Assembly: GCA_965153455.1 (NCBI GenBank)
Contig: OZ234493.1
Span: 26,030,213-26,094,212 of the forward strand
Origin: Sphagnum compactum
Taxonomy: Eukaryota
Reading direction: 5' to 3'
DNA: 64,000 nt
In this document: positions 48,016-61,123 of the stretch, piece by piece
Numbering within the stretch: position 1 is the stretch's first letter
Layout of the letters: each line of letters begins with the position of its first letter
Notes under the pieces: model-generated
Database searches by the model: none
Told to the model about the DNA's origin: nothing
What the model saw: the letters and a program-made list of their open reading frames with translations, nothing else
Made by a program: the position numbers and the translations under genes

Positions 48016-50884
48016 ACATGGCAAGTGAGAAAAAAGTGAAAAGAAAAGGACCCAAGGTCTAAGTTTTTGAGGACCCAAGGTTTAAGCTTAAAGACCCATA
48101 GTGTTGAGGTGATGATGTCCCACACCTGCTTCCAAAGACTGGCAGCCAAAAAGTGAAAAGCTCAACTTATTGGCCACATGTAACAAATCAGGAGTGAGAA
48201 TGGGAGCTTAGCTTAGCCATGAAAGCATTGGTTAGAATTTAGAAGTTAGAACCTGATTATCGGTCTGAATGTTAGCACTTCAAACTCCTGTAAATGTGAT
48301 CCCCTTGATGAGATTATTAGAATCTATACTCCTAAATGAAAGGAAATTTCAAACCCATGAAATTTACAAATTGGAATCTTCAGAGTGTTGATCTGGTTAG
48401 AAATCTAACCCAAATCTAATTCATTAAATTTTAGCATCTATTGCAAGTGACCAAAGATTTCCACTTGCAAAGCTTGATGAAGAGTTTCAAGGAAATTTAT
48501 GTGTTGGTTGTAGGAAGTTTGGTTGTGGATCTAGGTGAATGGTTGTGTTGATCTTAAACCAATAGTCATCATCAAGATATCTTTTTTTTGTCTTGGGGTT
48601 TTTGGTTTTACAAAAAAGGTTACATATGTTACCAATGTTAATATTGTATCTCCCCATCTAACATGTTATAAGCAATGGTGGGTGGGTATATTGATGGAAC
48701 CATGGCATATAGATTGGTGTTGATCGTAGAAGCAAAAAACCAACAATATTTCTATGACTTTGTTGTGAAAATTTTGTTACACCTCAAAATACCTTTATTG
48801 ATACTCAACTTGCTTGGTATATAATGTTTGAATGTATAGATTGACATCAATATTATCCCATTCCCATTATGCAATATCAATAGAGCACTTAGGGTTCCTA
48901 AAGCTCATGTTTCATATTTCTTTATGACTTTTAACTATTCAATAAGCAAGTAAGGCGAGAAGCTTGGAGAATTATTTACTATTTGTAATTGAAAAGCTTG
49001 TTGGAGGATGGTCACTAGTGTCGATAACCTCAAAGGAGAACACTTAAATATTTTTGTGCAAAGATCTTATTAGTAAGGTCTTAACAATTGTAATCACTCA
49101 AATTCATTGTGAGAAAGGAGTGGTTTATGAGCACCAAGAATTCTTTTATTATGTTTGGGGTGCTTATTTTGTCTTTCATTTTGAAATTTCCTTACTTAAT
49201 CAACAAATTAGTCTTTATTAATCAAATCTCATGGATGTTCATAGACAATTAACAAAGGAATAGGACCTTGAGATTTTATCTCCCAAGTGCAAATAGTAAC
49301 TATTGTTAAATCCCTCTTGGGATGCTAGCCAATGACACAACATCTGAATTTTGAAAAAAAAAATCATTGAATGGCTTTGCCTTTTATGATTGATTCAAAC
49401 AAAATTGTGAGAGATGGTAAAACCATATAACTTGATTAGGTAGTTTGAATACAAAATGAATTTAACGAAAAACAATTCACTCTAAACAAGATACATATGT
49501 GTTGAAATCTTGTTTAGAAATTTGTTCCAAATTCAAACCAATATTTTATCCCCAAATCCTACATGAACATGCAAAGTCTTTTCCCTTTTGAAAAAGCCAA
49601 AATAATAAATCACAAAATCTCACTTGAAAATCAACAATCACATAAATTGACTTCATACGGTCTATTGACCAAATGTGATTTTGCCCCATGCATTAAACAT
49701 TGATTTGTATAAAAAAACCCCAAAATGATACTAGCAATGTCCTTGAGTTCACACTAGTATTGGTTAACATCTCTCCTTATATACAAAGTATTGGGGTAAG
49801 GTGGGGATTTGATTGTTTAAAGTACTCTCTTGGTCAAGGTATGGACAAACTTTAATTATGCAAATATCTCCTCATGTCCAATAGGAGTTTTTTTTAACAT
49901 ACCCAAATTTTTGAACTCTAAACATGTTGGAAAAGGTTAAACATACACCCAAAACACATGGGGTTATTCATATCTAATATATCTTTTAAAACTATGTTAT
50001 GAGAGGTGTTTGTAAAATGTGATCATGTTGTAACCAATTTTTAAAAAATGTTTGGGCAAAGTTTTGCAACTTGAAAATTGATTTTCAATTTTATAAAAAA
50101 ATAAAAAAACAATCCTAATTTTGAAGAGACAAGTCAAAGGAAGAAGGTTGCCCACACTCAACACAACATGCACTTCCTACTATGGTGGGTGAGGTTAATA
50201 GTGATAAGCACCAATGTTATCTTTTAAAATTTATGGGGTAAGTTGGTTGGTTACAAATTGTGAACGGTTATATGCCAAGCTAGTTTTTCTTGGGGCAAGT
50301 GGATCAAGTTGACTACATAGAAAATATTTGTATTCTTTCTTTGAACCAATTGGTTATCATAAATTTTGTATGTTCATAACTTATTTGTGACAACTTGGAA
50401 AGTGTTGTTGGTTCAAGTGGCTATTTATTTATTTAAATTTTAAGTTTAACCAATTATTGAATTTTGAATAATGTAGCATGGTGGTGACAAATGTTTAACA
50501 TGGGAGGTGTTGTGGCTATTGAATGTGAAAAGCTGTTGATTTAAGCTTTGTGTCATAGCTATGGACAACAACAAAAAAGACATTCAACAAACCATTATAT
50601 ATACATTCTCATTTTTGTTTTACGTTTGAAGGCATCTCTTTGAAGTACACAAGAAATAACGAAAAACCATCACTTCTTAAATAATAGGAATCATTGCATG
50701 GGTGCTACAAAAATGCAAGCATTTGTAAACCACAATTGCAAAAACAAAATAACATTAATCCCAATTGCCAATATGTTGATGGCCATAATACTACATGGCC
50801 ATCAACTTTTGCAATTTCATCAAGTGTGTATGCAATGAGTGGCAAGAGTATGTGCCACTTTACATATACCTAAGTTTACTTCAT

Positions 50885-51150
50885 TGTTACCCAATTTTTT
50901 TTAACATGTGATTTACCTTAACATGTGACAGAATTTAACTAGTTACAAAACCTGACATGTGACACAACAACAAGTTAGGTGACAAGTCAAATGTAAATAA
51001 TCAATCGGTAATTCAATAGTTGATAGAACAAAATAGTCTGCATAATATGTAGTTTTGATCATGTAGTTAATATTTGAATTTTGGAATTATTAATGTATAT
51101 ATTGGTTAATGAGTATTTAAATGGTCTATTCAAGATGTTTAAATTTTGAA
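50885..51150 (+). mobile_element. LTR fragment related to the LTR at ~52830-53386
   Basis: Starts TGTTACCCAA and shares TAACATGTG...AGTTAC.AAACCTGA...GACAAGT.AA with the minus-strand LTR. Right end is approximate. Confidence 0.5.
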
Positions 51151-52829
51151 ATAACTTGTATATAAGTATAGGAGAAGGTTTTGCGCCTATTTTCTTCTAG
51201 ATTTGAAGGCCCACCTAAGGCTGGTAGGGCAAGGGTTGGGGCTTAAAATTCGAGAGGTACTAGGCGCTTCACCTACATAAAGTCCCTCTAACTTTTTCCC
51301 TCCCTTCTTTATTATGCTTTCTTTCCATGGTCTTTCCACCTTTCTCTTTCTTTTCATCCTTATCATTATTAATATGTGGATTTTCCAAGGGCTATCATCA
51401 TGATGATTACATATAGGAAATATGTTTTTATTTTATTTTTAAAAAATTGATTTCCTTAGTATCCAAAATGGCGATCAAACATAGGAAAGAAGTAGAAAAT
51501 CTTGTACGATTTTCAAAATTATTAGCCAAATATGCTTATACACCAAAATAACTTTAAAAATAAAAGTAATGACATTTCTTCCGCCCCTTTTTTTGTAACC
51601 TTCTTGCTTTATTTTTTCTCTTCACCTTCTTTGATTTGTATTTTTTCTTCCCTCACCCCTTGCTCCTTCTTTTCTCCTCTCTTTCCTTCCTCTTCCGTTC
51701 ATGTAAAGTAATAAAGGATAAATAATGGGTTAGGTAATGGTAGAGATATTGCCAATGGAGTAGAATGGCAACAAAGAAAATATTATACCTGAATATTGAC
51801 CACGTCTTCATAACCTATACACCTACAACATTTTGGATGTTATCACAACATACAGTAATGTCTACCCCCAATACTTGTAGATTGTAACGTGTGAAAATTT
51901 TATGAACAAATGCTTATTCAATTGTTCCCATCTAAACTACTTCAAAAGAAATCAAAATTTGTAAAGGGCACTTATGCATTTACACTTATGAATCTACAAA
52001 TATTACAAAACAAATTGATATTATCAAACATTACTTTCCCAATATATAACAACATTACAAGATGTTAGGTCAATGACTAGTATTAAATTTATTTTCATTT
52101 GTCTGAAACATGGCATGATATTATAAACTTAAAGTACACATGCCCAAAGTACCCACACATTATAAAAGGGGCAAAAGACTATACTAGTACCATTATTGGC
52201 AACTTCAATGAGATCAAAACTAAAGAATATATTAGTTGTTAAATGATTACATTTATTTGGCAACATGTGTAATGGGTCCCATAGGTATAGTAATTAAGTG
52301 GGTATGACAACACCTTCTACACCTACCATACATACTTTTTATATTAACTTATGTTTAAGAAATTACCCAAACTCCAAATGTCTAGGTTTTTTCCATAGTA
52401 GGATCAATACAAAAAAATGATCCAACACAAATTATAATTGGTAAACACAAACATGAAACTGTGGGGAGCGGTGACTTGAGGGTGATTTGAACCTCGATCT
52501 AAGATTATGCCCACTAGAATTCATGCATTACATGTAGCAAACCCATGTTATAAAATTTGCAAAGATAAGAATTGAAATGAGGTTGCAAAATTTTAACAAC
52601 TTGATGACAATTGACAACCAAGGGCAATGTAAATATAGTCTTGTGAATGAAAATCCATAAAATAAAAAATTGTCATTTGAGGCTTATCAAGTTCCTTTTG
52701 CAACTCCTACCACTACAACAAAAGGTGTCCCTATACGCCAAGTGATCTCACTAAATTTTGAGTGAATTCACTAGTTTATTGAATGAGGACTAGTGAATTT
52801 GTTAATGAGTTTTTCTATTCCCATTAAGG

Positions 52830-55800
52830 TTTTCAACTTCTGATTTTTCCAACAACAAGTTCTTAAAACAATAACATGTACATGCAAACTATAACAAAAC
52901 GAAAATTAACTACAAGTCCTAAATTAACATGTACACAAATTACTCAAAGCTTGAAGAAAGCTGGCTGAAAGGAAAATGCTTCATGTTCCAAAGTGAAAAG
53001 AATGAAACACAAAATCAAAATGAAATCAAGAATCCTCCCCCTTTCAAACAAGTCTGTCCTCCTAGTCTTATAATAGCTATTTCAAAACTAAAACAGTCAC
53101 AACTAACTAGTAAAACAAGCATTAGATGGTACCTAAACTAACAGTTTAAATTTTCAAAAACTACACCTTGTTTTATTACTTGTTCAACTACCTGTTCTCC
53201 AAACTACTAGTTGATTAACCTGTTAACTTGTCAACTAACCTAATATAATATTACCTATCAGGTTTAGTAACTGATTAAGTTAATGCCACATGTTAGGTTA
53301 AATAACAGGTTAAATCACTTGTTAAGTTAAACAACCTACCTAAATCTATAACCTATTAAGTCACCTGTTACTAAATTTGGGTAACATTATCCCCCCTTGA
53401 AATTACATTTTGTCCTTGAAATGCTAGCTTAAAATCCTATGTTAGCTTGGTCTTCTGCAATTAGTTAGTTGATGGCTCCTTTGATAGGTTTAACATTTGT
53501 TTCCTCCATAAGTTTAGCTTAATTCTAAATTTGAAAACTTGTCGATGATATAGTCTTTTGTCAATTAGGTGTCTTTTCAAAGGTTGTTATGGGTGTTGTG
53601 AATACCTCTGAGGCATGCGGGGTACTTGAGATCAAAATAATCTCCTAACCTATACCTATCTGGTGTGGGGTCAAAGGTAAACTAGTAGATAAGAACTCCA
53701 AAGGTTTTATTGTACTATCTACTACAATAAATGAAGGATCGATAGGTTCAACTTGTTCCTTAGTAGATCGTTCACTACCTCTCATATGTTCATTAATAAC
53801 AGTGGCAACCTAAACATGTATGGTAAAAGTTTGAACATGTAAAGGTATGATCTCTAAACTTGTTCCACCTCTTAGCGGGTTAACTGGTTTAGGAACGGCA
53901 AGAAGTTGTACCACAGATGGTGTTATTAGGATTCTACTATTGATTCTAATCTCCACAAATATGAAGCTAGGGGTTTCATATTTAAAATTAAGGAAAGTGG
54001 TTCAATATGCATGTAATTCGAATTAATAACCTTGTTCATTGGAGCAGGTTAATTCCAGGTTTTTTTAATCTGTTCCTTTGTGAGCTTTTAAACAATTTGC
54101 CACTATTATTTCCACTTGGGGTTTCTATCTCCTAAGGCTTGATTCTGCACTTTGAGTAGTGTATTGTCTAGTAATAACTCCTTGAACTCCTTCAACCTGT
54201 TGTTCATCCTAATAGGTAGAATGGGGCTGGGTCTACTCAACTATACTTGGGTTGTCTCATACTGACCTTTCCAATGCTGGATTTGGGCAGTGAGAGTTTG
54301 TTTTTCCCTTTCAAACCCTATGTGGGCAGCTACATGTTACTCTTTAAATTTTTGACAGGTTTGTTCCAAACCATTTATAATATTATGTTGTTGCATATTA
54401 GTTATTCCATTTTGGTGGAATCCTACATCACTTGCTCCAGATCAACTTGGAGACATTTCAAATCATTATGGGTTTCCAGTTGAGCTAATTGAGTTCGGCA
54501 TGTTCTTGTTGTAGGTTTTTAATTTTCTTAACAACCTATTCTACCTCTTTCAACTTGTTGGATAGGTTCTGGTTTTCACGTTGGACCTTATTCAATTGCC
54601 CCTTGACTGTGACCAATTCTTTGTCAAGGTTCTTCAGAGTTTTCTACATTGTGTCTAGCTTTAGGCTACATGTTTATAGGTAGTTGGAGGTCTCAGGTAG
54701 GTTTTTTTTGGCTTACTCAAACTCAACTCTAAGGTTTGAGAGTTCTTACAATGTCTTTGATTAGTTTGTAGCATTTTGAACAACTTGCTTTAAAAAATAT
54801 TAATATGTTTCAGATTTTATGTAGTTCATGACCAGAAATTAGGACAAGTTGGAATCTAAAAAACTATGAGTTTTCTATTTGAACAAGTTCAACTATAGGT
54901 TGAACAGGTTGGGATGGCTCTATAGCTACAACTATAAGTTGTGTAGGTTCTATAATCGGTACTACATGGTCAACAGATTCAACATGTTCTAACAAGTACC
55001 TGATCCAAGTTGGGTTTAAGTTCTTCCTCCAAGTTGTTATGTGTAGTTGTTGCATGAAATTTTTTTCCACCTCCACCTCCGGTCTCATTTGAACATGTTC
55101 GTTTTTCATCCTCTTATGAGTCAACAACTTGTGACCTAAAAGTGGTTATAAACTTATTTCTTGGTGGTGAGGTAATAGGCTTAGGACTTAACCTGTCCCT
55201 TGGTGTATGCGGTTATGTGCACGTCTTCAGTTGCTAAGGTGATGTAGTTGTTAAGTGTGCTGGTCTTTTTTCCTTCAAAAACTATTTCCTTGTAACAGGT
55301 TCAGGTGAAACCTGTCGCTACTGAGTAACCTATCACTTTTGGCTTGTTGGTGACACAAATTATTCTTAGGTTGTTGTTTTTGGTGAAGGCACCTCATATA
55401 AAAGGAACCATTTCCTAAACATAATATTTAGGATAGGCGTTGAACATTAATTATCTGCCTTGGTTTTGCTAGAGATTGGGTAAGTGGCTACTTTTTCCTA
55501 ACGTTCTGTTTAACAAGTTAACTCAACTAATAAATGGATCAACACGATAAAACATTAATTAACAAGTTGCCCCCTATTGGCTAGGTCGAAAGTAATAGCA
55601 ACCTTGTTGCTAAAATATACTAATTGTTCTCTTTGAGCTATCTTTGAGAAAAAATTTGCAAAATGGTTGCAAATCTGGCATGAAATTTTTCTTTCATGCG
55701 AATTACATTCCATTGTTCATTTTCAACGAAGGCATGCGGACATGTAATCCTCTTCAAAGCGGTTTTGGCTTCATCAAATGTTCCTTCCTTGGAAATCCCA

Positions 55801-58260
55801 AGTTGTTCATGAATAAATATTTGATTGATCAAAAGTTCTTGACCACGTAGTCACCCTTGGATTCTTCCATCCTCCATTGCTTCCTAGGTTCGTAAAAAAT
55901 CTCATAGCAGGTCTTCTCATGGCATAGTCTAGTATAAGTTGAACATACCTTCCAAACCAACTTGTCTAGCCCATTTGAATTCGTTGGAATCCATCTTCAT
56001 CCATTGCAACATTTTCTGGCTCTCCTTCACCTTAGATGTTGTTTTCTTCTTAATAAGTTTGTCAACTTGTTCTTCTACATGCATTTTGCCTTTTTGCTTC
56101 ATTGTGGCTTTGGTTCTTAATCTTGGGCGTTGATGAATAACACTGCAAACACGTTCTTCTTCAAAGAGTTATTGAATAAACTCTTCTCCATTGTCTTGCT
56201 CATAGGTTGCTGCAACACTTTTTCTTCCACAGATCTTGGTTCAAGAGCTTGCTCCAATTGCTCCTCAACAATAGGTTGAAATAAGATTTCAACTTCCTCC
56301 TCCTCCTTTGAAATAATAATCACTTGTGGTGCTAATGCTGCAATAGAAGTAGTGGTTTTCTTTAAAAAATTAAAAGCTATTTTTAATTCCCTACCTTTTT
56401 GTTCTTGTTCAAAAATTCTACTTTCCTTTATTGTGGATGCATGTGAAGCTACTAGTTTTACATAGATTGCTCCAATCAATTTGACATGTTCCACTCTTTC
56501 CCTCTTTACTTGCTTTCTTCAAAAGCTTCAACTTTTTTCTCAAGTTCTTTCTCCCTTATTTTTCATTTTAACTTCTTTAAGACACTTTCACTCATGGCCT
56601 CTGATAATATGAAGAAGTAAACAAGAACAAAGAGGTAGAATAATGGTTGGCAACGGTTCTTTATAATGTTTCAATTGGTAACAACCCTATCATTGTGAAT
56701 ACACATAACCTTTAGGGTTATAAACTTCTAGGATATAGACGTCAATAAGTGTCTCATTAAATGTGTCGTTTTGATCATTGCAAAATAATTACATTATTGT
56801 CCTCAACATGCACATCATGATAATAATGAACATGTACATCTATTCCTATAATACTACCATGTGTTAAATAATTATTAATCAGTTCAAATTCTATATGTTG
56901 AAGATCTTCAAATTCAACAGGTAGTGGTTCAAGTTCCTTGGTTTGAACAAGTTCATCAATAATTAGATCACTGGGTTTAATTAATACAAGTTGTAAAATT
57001 TTATTTTCAATGAACCTCTATGGCTTCAACTTGTTGATGTTGACAAGGACTAGGTTATGATCAAACTTATCGATAGTAACAAGTATAACAATATTATTGG
57101 GCAAACAATATTAAATTTTGTATGGTCCAAACCATCATCTTTGAAATTTTAGAACATGTTTGGAAATAACCCCTGGAAACCATAACACGTAGTCAAATTG
57201 AAACTTAGTTTCAATGAACTAGTTTTGTGACCATAATGACCTATTCCACAGGTTAGAAACAACTATATCATGTGCAATCAACCTATTTTCATGTAGCTTG
57301 TTTAACTCAGACAATCAGTTAGTTGGGACTTTAATAGGTTGTGGATATCTATTTTCATTAGGTTTGGATGGTAACAAATATTCTGTAGGCAATAATGGAT
57401 GTAATCCATACATAAGCTAAAATGGGGTATGACATGTTCCAACTTTGTAGGCGATTCAATATGAGAATAAAAATGTGGACAAGTGTTCATCCCAGTTAAC
57501 TTTATTTTCATTAACTAGTTTGGTCAGTAAGGTTCCAAAAACCTTGTTTGTAGACTCACCTTGTCCATTTCCTTGTGGATAATAAATTGTAAAATTGGTA
57601 TGTCTAAGGATAAAATGGTCAATAAGGTATCTAATCGCATAATTGATAAAATGGGTACCTTGATCGGTCACAATTGTTAACGGACATCCAAATCTTATAA
57701 GAATATGTTCGTACAAAAACTTGGTAGTTATTACAGTAATGTTGGTGCAAAGCACTCGTGTTACCAGCCACTTTGTTGCATAATTAGTGGCCACCAGAAT
57801 ATACTAGCTGCTTGACATTTTACTTGCAAGTTTAACAAGTCTAATAAAACCAATCCCCATTTTTGAAATGGTTATTTAGGTAAAGTAATAACTAATTTTG
57901 CTAGATTCTATGTGAACAAGTTACTTATTTTTTGTTATTGATCACAACTCAATAATACTCATGAACATCTCGATTCATCATCGACCACCATCCAAGATTT
58001 TTTTCATAGTGATGTCAGAAGATAAGTACCTTCTTGTGACTCCTCCATGCAATTCTTGCAAAACTGTGGGTACCTATTTTAGTTATAGAACTCGACAAAA
58101 CCTATTGTATTGTCCATATCTGTATAGTACTCCTTCTTGAAACACAAATGGTTTAGCTCTTTAGGGTAAATATTTTCTTTAGGATGTAATAAACCTTTTT
58201 GACATCACTCCCTCTAATCATAAACACTTTGTAACCACTCAAGTTGTAAAGTGAACATAT
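52830..58260 (-). mobile_element. 5'-truncated, degenerate Ty3/gypsy LTR retrotransposon: integrase ~56900-58255, extra ORF remnants ~54000-56600, PPT 53387-53398, 3' LTR from 53386 leftwards (far end approximate)
   Basis: rve core RFGCPLTIVTDQGTHF...YYPQGNGQGESTNK, zinc-finger remnant LQELHGG...SCDQ, WFGPY motif; AAGGGGGGATAA immediately precedes TGTTACCC. Confidence 0.88.
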
Positions 58261-58488
58261 TAAATCTACATATTAAATATAATATATACACATACATATG
58301 CAATGTTATATGTATATAAATATTTACAAAAATATGTTTAATAATAACTAGACATTCTACAAACTAAGATATACACATGCAAAAAACATGAATGTTAACT
58401 CAAAATGTTCAAATGAAATGAAAACAATGGATCCATATCGACCCGAAAGTTGGCTCCCACTGAAATAACAATGCTTGGTGTTTGTGAT

Positions 58489-58642
58489 CACTACTACAAA
58501 ATGTGGGTATAGTTCACTAGTCCCAGTTCACCAGACTAGTGAATTCATTGCTTCTTCACTGGTCCCCGTTCACTACATCTAGTGAATTCACTCAAAATCC
58601 AATGAAATCACTTGGCGTACAAGTACACCTTTTGTTGTAGTG
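58489..58642. mobile_element. CACTA-type MITE (154 bp); partial inverted copy at ~52711-52810
   Basis: TIR CACTACTACAAAA / TTTTGTTGTAGTG, flanks GAT/AAT, internal GTGAATTCAC palindromic motifs. Confidence 0.8.
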
Positions 58643-61123
58643 AATTTCCACATAACAGGTTGCTCACAAATTTCACCCCCATATCACTCATAAGATCCAC
58701 CTAATTTAATTATAAATTTGATCAGTCACGTGTTTTTATTTGCTGTTAAGAAGAAACAAAAAACTTTAAGAAAGAAAATAGGTTTACAACTTATGCAAAA
58801 TAACAAAAGATTGTACAAATCAAAATACACACTTCATATACACATGTCGAAGCCAAGAATCTTAAATCAAAATGTTCAAATCAAATTAAAACAATTGATC
58901 TAGAATATTGGCCACAATTTTGGCCTCTAATGAAATAACAATTTTTGGTTTATGTGTTTTCCACACAATAAGGTTAGATGTTTTGTCCTTCTTCATATTT
59001 TCTTGTCTAACAATTGCCTATATTCATTTAAAGCTTATGGTAGTACTAGAAGCTGACAACAATTAGGTCATTCATTACTTGTCTAAACATGACCATTCCC
59101 AACATGCTAACATGTATGGTTGCGAATTACCTAACCCCCCATTGAGCAAAAAACCCCCCACTACATTTTGTAGGATTAATTAATTTGATCAACTAACACA
59201 ACATGAAGATGTTTAATTTTGATATCTTCATCATAGGAATATAATTAGGATGACGTACATAATCCTCAAAAAAAAAACATCCTTCCAAAACTTCAAAGAA
59301 AACATGTATAAGTTTTCACAAAGTAGTTATCAGTAGGAAGATGATATTTATTTTAAGTGGGGAAATGAACAATACCTTTGCAAGCCCTTTGAACATTTCA
59401 GGCACCCAATGTTGTAGCTCAACTTGGAAACAATTTGCCTTCCAACAATCTCCCAAAAGTAGAATCCTCTTTAGAGCCAATGAAACATATCAATCAATTA
59501 CAAAAATTCAAATGAGACCCCAAAAGCACTAGAAGGAATTCAACCACAACCTTTAGAAATCCCAACACTCACAATAACTCAAAAGCCGTTGACAACACAT
59601 TTTGTCGAAATAAAACATTCAACAAAATGCACATTTTATTGAAACGAAACACTCACGAAGATGCAAACCGAAATACACATATAATGGACATCAGTTAAAC
59701 ATGAAAATATACATGATCAAAAATTGATTAGCTTTGATTTGTGAGCTTCTTACATTCCACTTTTTGTAGTCCACTTGATCTGATAGCATTAATGAACTAC
59801 ATATTCCTCACAAATCCTTTGCCTCCAATTTGCCGTCTTTGAAGTTGCCATTGCCATTACTACAGGTTGTTGCTTGCTTCTTCAAGTTCCTATTAAGAAC
59901 CTAAATTGACCTTCATGCAAAACACAAGGCACTTCCAATTTTGCTCCTTTCAAGGTTGCTATCCACGATAATGCCTTCATCATGGCGCTTTTACGACATG
60001 TTAATGCACTAAAAGGAACACTCTTGGAAAACAACAAATGCCATCAAATTTATGATGATGGCACTTTAGTTGTAGAGGAATGGAGGTGTGACCGAAGGTG
60101 ATGGGAGGAGCGTACTATCCAATAGCACTAAGTGATCACCCATGTTGGCACAAATGGAGATTGTGGAGCTTGGGTTTGGTGAGAGGCTTGCTTTCAACTT
60201 TCAGTTCATGGTGACATTTCCAAATCTTATGGTTTAAAATCCTTTTGGCCCTTCACAAGACCTTTTTATGGTCACCAAATGGTGAAATTTCGTCCCAAAA
60301 CAAAAACTTGATGAGAACATAGAAATGTCTAGAGATTATTTCACTAAAACTTATTACATTATAATTAGTGTTTTTTTTTTGAACTTTTTTTGATGTTGTT
60401 CAAGTGGCAATCATCCATAAGTATATTTAGCCAAATCTAGCTATTCTCAAAATATGAAAGTAGAAAAATATCTGAAGCACCTTTTCATATTGTATGTAGT
60501 TGTGAGAAAAATTGGCAAAATTTCATATTTTGGATGATTTAGAGGAAAGAAAAATCTTGTATGTTGGGAAACAATTGAAAATTAAAAATTTGAATTTTGA
60601 CTATTTTTTCAAAAAGACAGAGAATTTACGACATAATATTCCTTGGAAAAAAAACGATTTTCGCAAAATGGCGAAAATTGGATAAAAAGATTCGCTGAAA
60701 TTTACAATAGTGGGCGAGCGGCCGCCATAGAAACGTACCCTTAGTAAGTTACCAGTAAGTTACTGATAGCGTCCAAGTACGCCGCACGAACCGAGGCGAC
60801 GATGGTGTTCGTCTCTCTCCGTGTTCGTCGCGACGCACTCTCGCGAGCACCGTCGCCGACGGATTTCCCAGCGTTTGCTGTCGCAAGAGTGCGAGGGAAT
60901 TGTCGCAAGAGTGCAAGGGAAACGTCGCGGTGGAAAACACAAGAGATTTATAATTTTGTTTCTGGAGCCTGTAAAACTGATTTGCCGAAGTTTTCGCCTT
61001 GTTTTCAGTTTTGTGGAGAGAGGAGAACAATTGCAGATTATTTCTGCGTTTTCTTTCGTTCTCCGTGCTCAGAGAGAGTGGGACTCACACACACGCACGC
61101 ACGCACACACACGGATAGAGAAA

